Source of the DNA: Candidatus Onstottus arcticum
Lineage (GTDB): Bacteria > Acidobacteriota > Blastocatellia > UBA7656
NCBI GenBank assembly: GCA_038040485.1
Contig: JBBPIE010000036.1
Coordinates: 3,076-67,075 of the forward strand
Length of the DNA: 64,000 nt
Reading direction: 5' to 3'
Shown: positions 55,268 through 64,000 of the stretch, piece by piece
How the letters are laid out: each line of letters starts with the position of its first letter
How positions within the stretch are numbered: position 1 is the first letter of the stretch
The notes under the pieces: generated by a model
Told to the model about the DNA's origin: nothing
Database searches by the model: none
Seen by the model: the letters and a program-made list of their open reading frames with translations, nothing else
Made by a program: the position numbers and the translations under genes

Positions 55268-58200
55268 CTATTCCTTCTTCGCCTGCTGAACCTTCGAGCC
55301 AATCTCCTTCATCAGCTCCTGTACGGCAACTTCGATTTGCCGGTCGCGGCCCGCGAGATTGTCTTCGGGCGAGTTGTCCACCGCGATGTCAGGCTTCACA
55401 CCGTAGTTCTCCATGTTCGTGCGCTTCTGATCGGCGAGGAAAACTCCGACGCCGGGAGTTCTAACAGTCGAACCGTCGATCAACGAATAGCTGCCCGTTC
55501 CGATCACGGCGCCCATCGTCGGTGTGCCGATCACTTTTCCAAGTCCCAGCGCGCGGAAGCCCGCAGGAAACATCTCGGCATTTGAAGCCGAGCGCCAGTT
55601 CTGCAAAACAACCTTCGGTCCGAAGAACCCGGCGAACGGGCGGCCGGTCGGTTCGCTGCCGCGCGGCTGCCAGATCTGATACTCGCGTTGCACAAGGATC
55701 GCCAGCAGCTCCTGCTCGATGTTCCCGCCGCCGTTCCATCGCTGGTCGATGATCAGCGCTTCTTTGTTTCGATTCTCGCGAATCTCTTTCTCGAACTTGC
55801 GAAGCGAAGGTGGGTTCATCGCTTGAATGTGGAGGTAGCCGATTCGCCCGTTCGAAGCCTTGTCCACCATCTCGCGTCGCTGCTTGACCCAGCGTTCGTA
55901 GCGGAGATTCGAATAAGCCTGAGTGGCGACCGGCTCAATCCGAGTCTTCCACGCTCCGTCTTCAGAGGGCTTGTTGTTGAAGGTCACTTCGACTTTGCGA
56001 TTCAATCGGTGGTTGAGCATCTCCCAGTAGTTGTCGCCGGCTTTCACCGGGCGGCCGTTTATCGCGATCAGGTAATCGCCTGCACTCACCTTCACCCAGT
56101 CCTTGTCGGCCGGCCCGTCCTCAAAAACATGACTCACTCGATAACGGCCGGCTGCGTCATCGGCCTGAAGCTCAACGCCAAGATGATATGTAGCCAGCAC
56201 TCCTTCGCGGCCTCTGGGCGGAGGCGCGGCGCCGGTGTGTGAAGCGTTCAACTCGCCGATCATCTCGTTGATGATGTTGAGCAGTTCCTGGCGTTCGCCG
56301 ACGTGCTCGACAAGCGGCTGATACTTGGCGCGCATCGCGTCCCAGTCCCTGCCATGCATCTCGGCGTCGTAGAAGCGGTACTTCATCGTGCGCCAGGCAT
56401 CGTCAAACATTTCGGCCCACTCGGAGGATTTGTCGATCTTCACCTGCGCGACGAAGTTCACACGGCGGCGTGCGGCTTCGCGGCCGCCCGATGCAGTCGC
56501 TGCAGCGGCAAAACCTGCGCCCGCCGCGCCCGCGCTTGCAGGCAGTGCGATCGAATAAACCGAGTTTGCCTCTCTGTAGAAAAGCGTGCGGCCGTCGCGC
56601 GAAATGCTCAGACCCGAGATGCCGCCGCCAAATCCGAACCCGCCCCCGCCGCCTCCTTCCTCGTCAACCCGCGGCTCGCCGGCGACCACACGCGTCAATC
56701 GCTTGCCGTCTTCACCGATCGTGTAGATCACCGGAATCGTGCGAGTGCTCGAGGGCTCGGTCGTCACGAACACGAGTGTTCGATTGTCCGGCGCGACATT
56801 GTAGTTGAAAACCGCAAACGGCATTCGGGTAACTTGACGAGTTCGCCGCTTCAAACCAGCCCAGTCGATGTTGACATCGCGAGGCGGCTGATTGCGGGCG
56901 GCGGCTCGACGAACCGCAGCCTCCGCGCCTCCCTGCTCCTGTTCCGTATCGGGACGCTCTTCCGGATCGTTGGGGTCACGGTCCTCGCGTTCAAGCGCCA
57001 CCGAATAAAGCTGCGCCGAGGGCTGCCCGGCGGCGCCGCCCTGGCCGCCATCCGTTCGAACAAAGAACAGCTTGCGTCCGTCGTGACTGAACTGCGGATT
57101 GACTTCACTGAATGAATCAAACGTCACTTTCTTTTCATCGCCGCCAGCCGAAGGAATCAAATAAATGTCGGCGGTTCGCACATAGTCCGGTTTCGAGAAC
57201 GCGATCCACTTGCCGTCCGGCGACCATATCGGCGAGCCGAAGTTGCCATACCTGGACGAAGACAGCTCCGCGGTCTGCTTGCTCTCGACTGTGTACTTGC
57301 GGAGTTTGTTGTCCGAGCAGACGAACGCGATCTCTTTCGAGTTGGGCGACCAGTTGAACCCAAACTTCAGCGCGTCGATGCTGGTGATCTTCTGAGCCTC
57401 GCCGGCGCCGTCGGCGGAAGTAAGGTAAAGCTCTTCCCTGCCGCTTCGGTCGCTTATGAACGCGAGCGATTTCCCGTCCGGCGAGTACTGCGGGTCTCTG
57501 TCGCGGGCTGCGTTGTCGGTGATCTGACGAATATCGCCCTCGTCAGTCGGGGCGGTGAAGATCTCGCCGTGAATCGAGAGCGCGATTCGGCGGCTTGAAG
57601 GCGCAAGGTCGTAGTCGTCTGCTTGCGAGTTGAAGTCGCGAACCTCGGCGACGTTCTCCTGAGTCTCAGCCGAAATGTCGAGCTTGACCGGCGTGACGCG
57701 GCGGCTGGCAACGTCGAGCTTCCACACTCCGAACTCATGCTCGAAGACTATCACCTTACCGTCCGCGCTGATCGCCGGAAATCTGACATCTCCCGTTTTG
57801 AAGGAAGTCACGCGGTCCGCTTTTCCGCCCGTCTCGGGCACGCGCCAGAGGTTGCTCAAACCGTTGCCCTCGCGGTCGCTGACAAAATAGATACCGCCGT
57901 CGCGGCTCCACATCGGCCACGAATCGATCCCATCGAAGTCTGTCAGATCGGTGAACTTTTTCGCTGCGATATCCATCACGGTCACGTCGGTGTTCATCGA
58001 GCCGCGATAATACTTTCGCCAGTAGACCTGGCCTTTGCGATTGATCGCCAGCTTCGATCCGTCGGGCGAGAAGCAGCCGTTGATTCCCATATCCGCGCCG
58101 GCATTACGCTCCATTCCGCCTTCGATGCTTACTGTGTAGAGCTTGGCCGCGAAGTCATCACCCCGGCTGCTCGAAAACAAAACGCCTCGCGAGTCGGGCG

Positions 58201-58543
58201 ACCAGCCAAGCACGGTGTCGTCCGCCGAATGAAAAGTAAGCTGGCGCGCCGCGCCGCCTTCGCTCGGAATGATGAACGCGTCCAGATTCCCGTTGCGGTC
58301 CGACGAGAAGGCTATCCACTTTCCATCGGGCGAGAAGCGCGGGTAGACGTCGCGAGCCTTGTGCACGGTGATACGGCGGATGTTCTTGCCGTCCTCGTCG
58401 GCCGTCCAGATGTCTGCCAGGTAGGTAAAGGCTATTCGGCCGTTGTGATAGTGCGGATAGCGAACAAGCCTGGCTTCGCGGCCAAGGGCGCTGAGCGGGG
58501 CGCACAACAAAAACAGGATGAGCAGGGCGCGGCTTCTCTTCAT
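55268..58543 (-). CDS. Tricorn protease (S41) with PD40 beta-propellers and PDZ
   Basis: PD40 repeats, GELNASH, IGYLHI..M, D.RWNGGG, SASNAE, G.PT.G.VI; start MKRSR at 58543. Confidence 0.93.
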   Translation of the reverse strand: MKRSRALLILFLLCAPLSALGREARLVRYPHYHNGRIAFTYLADIWTADEDGKNIRRITVHKARDVYPRFSPDGKWIAFSSDRNGNLDAFIIPSEGGAARQLTFHSADDTVLGWSPDSRGVLFSSSRGDDFAAKLYTVSIEGGMERNAGADMGINGCFSPDGSKLAINRKGQVYWRKYYRGSMNTDVTVMDIAAKKFTDLTDFDGIDSWPMWSRDGGIYFVSDREGNGLSNLWRVPETGGKADRVTSFKTGDVRFPAISADGKVIVFEHEFGVWKLDVASRRVTPVKLDISAETQENVAEVRDFNSQADDYDLAPSSRRIALSIHGEIFTAPTDEGDIRQITDNAARDRDPQYSPDGKSLAFISDRSGREELYLTSADGAGEAQKITSIDALKFGFNWSPNSKEIAFVCSDNKLRKYTVESKQTAELSSSRYGNFGSPIWSPDGKWIAFSKPDYVRTADIYLIPSAGGDEKKVTFDSFSEVNPQFSHDGRKLFFVRTDGGQGGAAGQPSAQLYSVALEREDRDPNDPEERPDTEQEQGGAEAAVRRAAARNQPPRDVNIDWAGLKRRTRQVTRMPFAVFNYNVAPDNRTLVFVTTEPSSTRTIPVIYTIGEDGKRLTRVVAGEPRVDEEGGGGGGFGFGGGISGLSISRDGRTLFYREANSVYSIALPASAGAAGAGFAAAATASGGREAARRRVNFVAQVKIDKSSEWAEMFDDAWRTMKYRFYDAEMHGRDWDAMRAKYQPLVEHVGERQELLNIINEMIGELNASHTGAAPPPRGREGVLATYHLGVELQADDAAGRYRVSHVFEDGPADKDWVKVSAGDYLIAINGRPVKAGDNYWEMLNHRLNRKVEVTFNNKPSEDGAWKTRIEPVATQAYSNLRYERWVKQRREMVDKASNGRIGYLHIQAMNPPSLRKFEKEIRENRNKEALIIDQRWNGGGNIEQELLAILVQREYQIWQPRGSEPTGRPFAGFFGPKVVLQNWRSASNAEMFPAGFRALGLGKVIGTPTMGAVIGTGSYSLIDGSTVRTPGVGVFLADQKRTNMENYGVKPDIAVDNSPEDNLAGRDRQIEVAVQELMKEIGSKVQQAKKE

Positions 58544-58646
58544 GGGCTTCTCCTTTGATTCGGCGAGCGATTTGAGCGAGTTCGAAGAATGACTGAGACG
58601 GTCAGCCTGGCGCAAGGGTTACACCAAACCCGCCAGCGGCCGGCCT

Positions 58647-58719
58647 CCTGGGAGCGCAGGCATCCCTGCCTGCTGCCGCCGTAGGAGAAGAGGCAGGCAA
58701 GGATGCCTGCATTCCCAGG
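58647..58719. repeat. REP-like inverted doublet, family A (second copy)
   Basis: CCTGGGAGCGCAGGCATCCCTGCCTGC (58647-58673) / GCAGGCAAGGATGCCTGCATTCCCAGG (58693-58719). Confidence 0.8.
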
Positions 58720-58845
58720 TAGGCTGGGGTTCACGGCGGGCCTGCTTTCCAATTGCGCCCGCTGGCGAGCGGGTTTATCATTGCGCCGTCACTCACAAAC
58801 GCCCGTCCATCAGTAGGCGGCAAACTCACACGTTGGAGGAAGATC

Positions 58846-59574
58846 ATGAAGAAGCTCAATCGCGTCGGCATTACCTGCGCGCCGGTGGTCGTTTTTATCT
58901 GCGCGCTCTCGATTTCGGCTCAATGGAACAAGAAGCCTTACACCGAATGGTCGGAGAAAGAGGCGACGAAGATGCTCAACGATTCGCCCTGGGGTCAAAC
59001 GCAAGTGTTTAGCGACACTTCCAATGAGTTCGGCAGAGGAGTCGCCCGTGGCGGGGTCGGCACTGTTGATAACCGCAGCGGCGACTATAGCGCGCATCAC
59101 TTGAATATTCGAATTCGATTCCTTTCCGCGAAACCGATTCGTCAAGCGTTTAGTCGCGTCATCATGCTGGGGCAGAAGGGTAAGGTGCCCGACCAAATGG
59201 CCGCGCAACTGAACGCGTTCGCGACCCAGGACTTTCCTGACTACATCATCATTTCCGTTGACGCGGATGCTAACGAATCCAAATCCGAACTTCGCGAGTT
59301 CAGAACGCTCCTGGACACAACCTCGATGGTTGATCTGAAACCCGACACCTACCTGTCGGCCAAAGGACAACGAACGTTTATTACGGGCTTTCAACCGCCG
59401 AAGAAGGACGGGCTGGGAGCTAAATTCATCTTTCCTCGAACCGTGAACGGCCAGCCGGTCATTCCACCGGACAGTGATGAGATTCAGTTTTATTCGGAGT
59501 TTTCGAATAAATACAAGCTCAACATGCGTTTCAAGGTTAAGGACATGATGATTGACGGAAAACTGGAGTACTGA
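58846..59574 (+). CDS. Exported hypothetical protein, paralog 1
   Basis: SD GGAGG, signal peptide, WNKKPYTEWSE..A.K.LNDSPW; paralog of the next gene. Confidence 0.8.
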   Translation: MKKLNRVGITCAPVVVFICALSISAQWNKKPYTEWSEKEATKMLNDSPWGQTQVFSDTSNEFGRGVARGGVGTVDNRSGDYSAHHLNIRIRFLSAKPIRQAFSRVIMLGQKGKVPDQMAAQLNAFATQDFPDYIIISVDADANESKSELREFRTLLDTTSMVDLKPDTYLSAKGQRTFITGFQPPKKDGLGAKFIFPRTVNGQPVIPPDSDEIQFYSEFSNKYKLNMRFKVKDMMIDGKLEY

Positions 59575-59685
59575 GGCAAGAATGGACGGCGGCGGGCTGG
59601 ATGATTTGATTCCAGCCTGCGACGCGGGCGCCGGCATCCGATTCACGGACTCATTCTTACGCCTCGTACCCCAAGAGGTATAAGA

Positions 59686-60447
59686 ATGGAAAGTTGTTTG
59701 CTGGTTGTAAGAGTAGTCGCGGTGCTTTTGGCATTTTCGCCCGGAGCTTCCGAGGATTGGAACAAAAAGCCCTACACCGAGTGGTCCGAGAATCAGGCGG
59801 TGAAGCTGCTGAACGATTCCCCGTGGGCACAGACTCATTCGTTCACTGACACGTCAAAGGCGTTTAACACAGCTCGAGGCCAGCAAAGCCAGTCCTCGAC
59901 CGCTTCGTCTGTGGTTTCGGTTAACTTTCGAGCGCGGTTCTTGTCTTCCCGGCCGGTTCGTCAGGCGATCAGCCGGCTTGAAGCGGTTCATCATAAGGGA
60001 GAGGTGCCGCCTCAAAAGGCCGCACTGTTGAAGGCGCTGGCGGAACAGCCTTTCCCTGACTACGTCGTCGTCGCGGTGACCTGCGACTCCGACCGGGGCA
60101 GCGATATGCTCCAGCAGGCAAACGAGACCCTGCGCAAAGCAACAACCGCGGTGCTGGCCAACAAGACATACCTGCTCACCAATGACGGACAGCGGGTATA
60201 TCTTAAAGAGTATCAAGCTCCGCGCAACGACGGGTTCGGAGCCCGGTTTATCTTTCCGCGAATCGTGAACGGCAAAGAGATAGTGACCTCTGAAGGTGGG
60301 GAGATCGTCTTCCACGCCGAGATGGGCGGGGGCTCGGAGCTTAACAGTCCAGTCATTACCAAGGATGCGGAGCACGGATATGGCTTCACGATCCACACTC
60401 GATACAAGGTCAAAGAGATGTCGTTCGGCGGGAAGCTGGAGTATTGA
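59686..60447 (+). CDS. Exported hypothetical protein, paralog 2
   Basis: WNKKPYTEWSE..A.K.LNDSPW, RFLS..P.RQA, FPDY, DG.GA.FIFPR.VNG, GKLEY shared with the previous gene. Confidence 0.8.
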   Translation: MESCLLVVRVVAVLLAFSPGASEDWNKKPYTEWSENQAVKLLNDSPWAQTHSFTDTSKAFNTARGQQSQSSTASSVVSVNFRARFLSSRPVRQAISRLEAVHHKGEVPPQKAALLKALAEQPFPDYVVVAVTCDSDRGSDMLQQANETLRKATTAVLANKTYLLTNDGQRVYLKEYQAPRNDGFGARFIFPRIVNGKEIVTSEGGEIVFHAEMGGGSELNSPVITKDAEHGYGFTIHTRYKVKEMSFGGKLEY

Positions 60448-60457
60448 GATAGTCAAA

Positions 60458-61504
60458 CTGGACATTGTTGGAATCGCAATAAAGAGGGTCCTGGTTGTTC
60501 TGGCGTTCAGCCTGGCCGTGCCTTGCGCCGCCCATGGTCAAGCTATTAACACTCAGGGTCAGGCTTCCGCTGAGAAACCTTCGCCGGCATCACCAGAATT
60601 GGCCGAGGCCTTGAGGCTCAGCGCGAAAGCAGTGCAGCTTAACAGTCAGGGAAGTTACGACGAAGCGCTTCGGCTTGCGAAGCAGGCACTCGACCTCCGT
60701 GAGAAGGCTCTTGGTCCGAACCACGAACTGATCGCCACATCTCTCAACAACATCGCTGGCATCTACAGAGGAAAGCATCGCTATGCGGACGCCGAGGCAC
60801 TTTACCGGCGCTCGTTGAAGATCCTCGAAAATCGGTTTGGTGTTGAGAGCAGGTATCTCACCGACACAATTGAACACCTAGCCTGGATGCGGTTCGCACA
60901 GCGAAACAACGGCGACGCGGAGAAGTTGTTCACGCGCGCGCTTGCTATCAGGGAGAAAGAGTTTGGGCCGGAAAAGCTGGAAACCGCGCAAACTCTATCC
61001 GCGATAGGCGAGTTTTGTGAGAGGATCAACAACCTCGACAAAGCCGCCGATTACTTCAAGCGGAGCCTGACCATCAGGGAGAAACTTCTCGGGCCGGACC
61101 ACCTCGACCTTTTGGAGGCGTTAGACGATTGCGCTTGCGCCTTGATACAGGGCAACCACGCTGACGACGGCAAACAGTATCAAGTGCGCGCAAACCGGAT
61201 TCGAAACCTTACCGCGAACGACGCGACTAACCGCCAAGGCGCCGTCTTGCAGGGCAAGGCGCTCCTTAGGGTCGAACCCGAATATCCGGACGACGCAAGG
61301 CGACAGGGCGTGCAAGGCACAGTCATCGTAGAAGTCACTGTCGACGAGTGCGGCCGAGTGATAACGGCTAAGGCACTGTCCGGCCCCAACGCTTTGAGGG
61401 ACGCTTCGGAGTCCGCCGCGCGTCGCTGGCGCTTCGCGGTTACCAAGCTCGGCTTGCGGCGAGTCAAGGTCATCGGGACTATCACCTTTAACTTCCATCG
61501 CTAA
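60458..61504 (+). CDS. TPR + TonB C-terminal domain protein (start codon uncertain)
   Basis: TPR_12-like repeats (ALDLREKALGPNH..A.SLNNIA); P.YP..ARR.GVQG.V.V.V.VDE.G.V, WRF, ITFNF. Confidence 0.8.
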   Translation: MDIVGIAIKRVLVVLAFSLAVPCAAHGQAINTQGQASAEKPSPASPELAEALRLSAKAVQLNSQGSYDEALRLAKQALDLREKALGPNHELIATSLNNIAGIYRGKHRYADAEALYRRSLKILENRFGVESRYLTDTIEHLAWMRFAQRNNGDAEKLFTRALAIREKEFGPEKLETAQTLSAIGEFCERINNLDKAADYFKRSLTIREKLLGPDHLDLLEALDDCACALIQGNHADDGKQYQVRANRIRNLTANDATNRQGAVLQGKALLRVEPEYPDDARRQGVQGTVIVEVTVDECGRVITAKALSGPNALRDASESAARRWRFAVTKLGLRRVKVIGTITFNFHR

Positions 61505-61513
61505 ACCAGGAAC

Positions 61514-62317
61514 ATGCCAACAATTCAAACAACCCGGCTGAACATGTTCTACGAGCTGCACGGCGAGGGTGAGCCGCTCCTGTTGATTCGAGGGCTTGGA
61601 TCGACCTGCGAAGGCTTTGCCGCGCAAGTTGAAGGTCTCGCGCCGCACTTTCGCGTGATCTCGTTCGACAACCGCTGCGTCGGCCGCACCGATCAGCCTC
61701 AAACGCCTTTTGCCATCGCGGATATGGCTGACGACACCGCCGCGCTGCTCGACGCGCTAGAGGTCGAAAGCGCGCATGTGTTCGGTGTATCGCTCGGGGG
61801 AATGATCGCGCAGGAGTTTGTGTTGCGTCATCCACAACGAGTAAGACGGCTCGCGCTCGGGTGTACTCACGCCGGTCCGCGAACCGCCACTCGCACGCCT
61901 GAATGGGCGGTGCAGATATTCAACGAGTCGCGTGATATGCCGCGGCCCGAAGCGCTCAGACATTCGATCCCGTTGCTGTTCTCGAACAAGACGGTCGAAG
62001 AAAACCCCGCGCTTATCGAAGACGCTCTCCGGGTGATGGCTCATAACAACCAGCCCAAATCTTCTTACCTGTTGCAGCTCGGCGCGGTGATGATGCACGA
62101 CACATTTGACCGGCTGCCTCAGATCAAGCACACAACACTTGTGATGACCGGAACCGAAGACACCCTGGTCGACTCTGGTAACTCGCGTTTGATTGCCGGC
62201 CGCATCCCGGGTGCGCGACTCCTGGAGTTTCCAGACACCGGTCACGTATTCTTCACAGAGAAGCCTGATGATGTGAATCGTGTTCTGATTGATTTTTTCA
62301 AAGGGGTTGATCGATGA
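61514..62317 (+). CDS. Alpha/beta fold hydrolase
   Basis: G.GEPLLLI.G, FDNR.VGR, GVSLGG nucleophile elbow, G.ED, TGH. Confidence 0.92.
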   Translation: MPTIQTTRLNMFYELHGEGEPLLLIRGLGSTCEGFAAQVEGLAPHFRVISFDNRCVGRTDQPQTPFAIADMADDTAALLDALEVESAHVFGVSLGGMIAQEFVLRHPQRVRRLALGCTHAGPRTATRTPEWAVQIFNESRDMPRPEALRHSIPLLFSNKTVEENPALIEDALRVMAHNNQPKSSYLLQLGAVMMHDTFDRLPQIKHTTLVMTGTEDTLVDSGNSRLIAGRIPGARLLEFPDTGHVFFTEKPDDVNRVLIDFFKGVDR

Positions 62318-62928
62318 GACTAAGACTTGTGTTTGTTCTTGGCGTTATGTTGTTCGGAGCGCAATCCGCGGTCGCGCAAAAACATGAAGTTGCATTTACG
62401 TCGGGCGGTCTGAAGATTGGGCAGCGCGACTTCGATCTGCCGCGGCCAGGGTTCATTAAGTTCGGTACGGGCTTTACGTATGAATTGAACTATGCGCGGC
62501 GATTTTTTGACGGCAAGGTCGCCGCCCTGTACTTTGAGGTGCCTTTTGCCGGGACGCCGCGCACCAAAGTCAAAACTACAAACGCGCTTTCACCCAACAC
62601 CTACTCGTCAATATTCTTCACACCGGGGATAAAATTGAAGCTGCTGCCCGGAGGGAAGTATTCGCCGTTTGCTGTGATGGGAGGCGGGTTGGCGCACTTC
62701 CGCGAGAGCGACACGACCATCGACAATCAACCAAACCCGGACAGCAAAACTACAACTGATGCTGTTTTCGTTTTCGGGTTTGGCCTGGATGTTAAGGTGC
62801 GGTCAATTCTAAGCATAAGAGGAGAAGTGCGCGACTTCTACTCCGAGCTCCCGCCGCTGAACGTCCGCGCCCTGAGGGAACGCCAGCACAACGCGCTTAT
62901 TTCGGCGGGTATCGTGCTGCGGTTCTGA
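62314..62928 (+). CDS. Outer-membrane beta-barrel protein
   Basis: Signal peptide, alternating beta strands, RGEVRDFY, terminal GIVLRF. Confidence 0.8.
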   Translation: MRLRLVFVLGVMLFGAQSAVAQKHEVAFTSGGLKIGQRDFDLPRPGFIKFGTGFTYELNYARRFFDGKVAALYFEVPFAGTPRTKVKTTNALSPNTYSSIFFTPGIKLKLLPGGKYSPFAVMGGGLAHFRESDTTIDNQPNPDSKTTTDAVFVFGFGLDVKVRSILSIRGEVRDFYSELPPLNVRALRERQHNALISAGIVLRF

Positions 62929-62930
62929 TT

Positions 62931-63080
62931 CGGGATTAGTGATGCGTGATGGGTGATTCGTGAGGCGTGATTCGTGAAGCGTGATCCGTGACCGGGGAAC
63001 GCGAAGGCTATCCCGTTACGCATCACGCATCACGAATCACTCATCACGCACGCATCACGGATCACGCATCACGCATCACC
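62931..63080. repeat. Inverted heptamer array, locus 3
   Basis: About 9 x NGTGANN (62931-62993), spacer, about 8 x NATCACN (63021-63080), between convergent genes. Confidence 0.92.
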
Positions 63081-63088
63081 AGACACTT

Positions 63089-64000
63089 TCACCCGACCTG
63101 TTTGGACTTTCCCTGCCAGAAGCGGTCGCGCAATACATTCTTCTGAATCTTTCCCGTAGCTGTGCGCGGCAATGCTTCGATAAACTGGATGCGCCGCGGG
63201 CACTTGAAGTGAGCCAGGTGCTCGCGGCAGAAGGCGATCAGCTCCTGCTCTGTCGCCGACGCTTCGGGCTTCAACACAACAAGCGCGCACACTGTCTCGC
63301 CCCAGCGCTCGTCAGGCGCGGCGATCACGGCGGCTTCGAGCACTGCCGGATGCTTGTACAGGAAGCCTTCGACTTCGATCGATGAAATGTTCTCGCCGCC
63401 AGAGATGATCAAGTCCTTCTTGCGATCGACAACTTCGATAAAGCCCTCGCTGTCGATCAACGCCATATCGCCAGTGTGAAACCAGCCGTCGACAATAACC
63501 GCTTTCGTAGCTTCGGGCTGCCGCCAGTAGCCGGCCATCACAACGTTGCCGCGTGTGATGACTTCGCCGACCTCGCCGCTGTCCAGCTTCACGTCCCGGC
63601 CCACTTCGTCCACCACTCTGATGTCGACGCCGATCATCGGGTAGCCGGTCTTTGTCTGGACGCGAATCCTCTGCTCTTCGGGCCAATCGCGCATGTGAGG
63701 CTTGATCTTGGACACGGTCATAAAAGGCGAGGTTTCCGTCAATCCGTAAATCTGAATAACCTTCCATCCAAACTTCTCCTGCGCGCCCTGGATTGTAGCC
63801 ATCGGAGGCGCCGAGCCAGCAGTGCCGACTCTCATCTCTCTCGGCAAGCTCGCAAGCGCCTGTTCATCCAGCGGATGATTCAAAGCCATGTTGATCATCG
63901 TCGGAGGCATGCACGCAAAGCTCACTCGTTCCCGAGCTACAAGATCGAAGAACGCCGCCGGTTCGTACTTCTTGATGATCACGTGAGTCCCGCCCATCCC
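63089..64000 (-). CDS. Long-chain fatty acid/acyl-CoA ligase (5' truncated by window edge)
   Basis: YGLTETSP, GWFHTGD, DRKKDLIISGGENI, LPRTATGKIQK. Confidence 0.93.
   Translation of the reverse strand, partial: GMGGTHVIIKKYEPAAFFDLVARERVSFACMPPTMINMALNHPLDEQALASLPREMRVGTAGSAPPMATIQGAQEKFGWKVIQIYGLTETSPFMTVSKIKPHMRDWPEEQRIRVQTKTGYPMIGVDIRVVDEVGRDVKLDSGEVGEVITRGNVVMAGYWRQPEATKAVIVDGWFHTGDMALIDSEGFIEVVDRKKDLIISGGENISSIEVEGFLYKHPAVLEAAVIAAPDERWGETVCALVVLKPEASATEQELIAFCREHLAHFKCPRRIQFIEALPRTATGKIQKNVLRDRFWQGKSKQVG

Noticed and set aside
58810-59838. 342-aa minus-strand ORF
   Set aside because: Shadow of the paralogous plus-strand genes.
1-64000. tRNA, rRNA, prophage, IS or integrase
   Set aside because: None recognised by eye; tRNAscan-SE and Infernal would be needed to exclude small RNAs.

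Overview
A high-GC, gene-dense bacterial chromosomal segment with about 55 CDS. The gene content (VWA proteins, TPR-TonB fusion, MacB-type permease pair, tricorn protease, MglAB) suggests Acidobacteriota, possibly Blastocatellia; this is inference only. Housekeeping and envelope genes include secA, trmL, ogg, ggt, an HtrA protease, an Slt transglycosylase, an OmpA lipoprotein, M20/M48/S41 peptidases and glycosyltransferases. Accessory modules are interleaved: three toxin-antitoxin-type pairs; a 1855-aa RHS protein ending in an HExxH metallopeptidase-like tip followed by a beta-propeller lipoprotein; an ABC-ATPase plus TOPRIM-like two-gene cassette resembling anti-phage systems; an ECF sigma factor coupled to two paralogous unknown proteins; a c-di-GMP operon with two small unknown proteins; and a secreted caspase-PEGA-TPR protein. 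Intergenic DNA carries several repeat families: inverted arrays of the heptamer CGTGATN/NATCACG at three loci, three different REP-like inverted doublets, 9-mer repeats, and a degenerate copy of part of trmL enclosed by inverted repeats. One gene (DUF4349-like) is frameshifted. I recognised no tRNA, rRNA, CRISPR array, integrase or transposase. All family assignments come from motif recognition by eye, without database searches.
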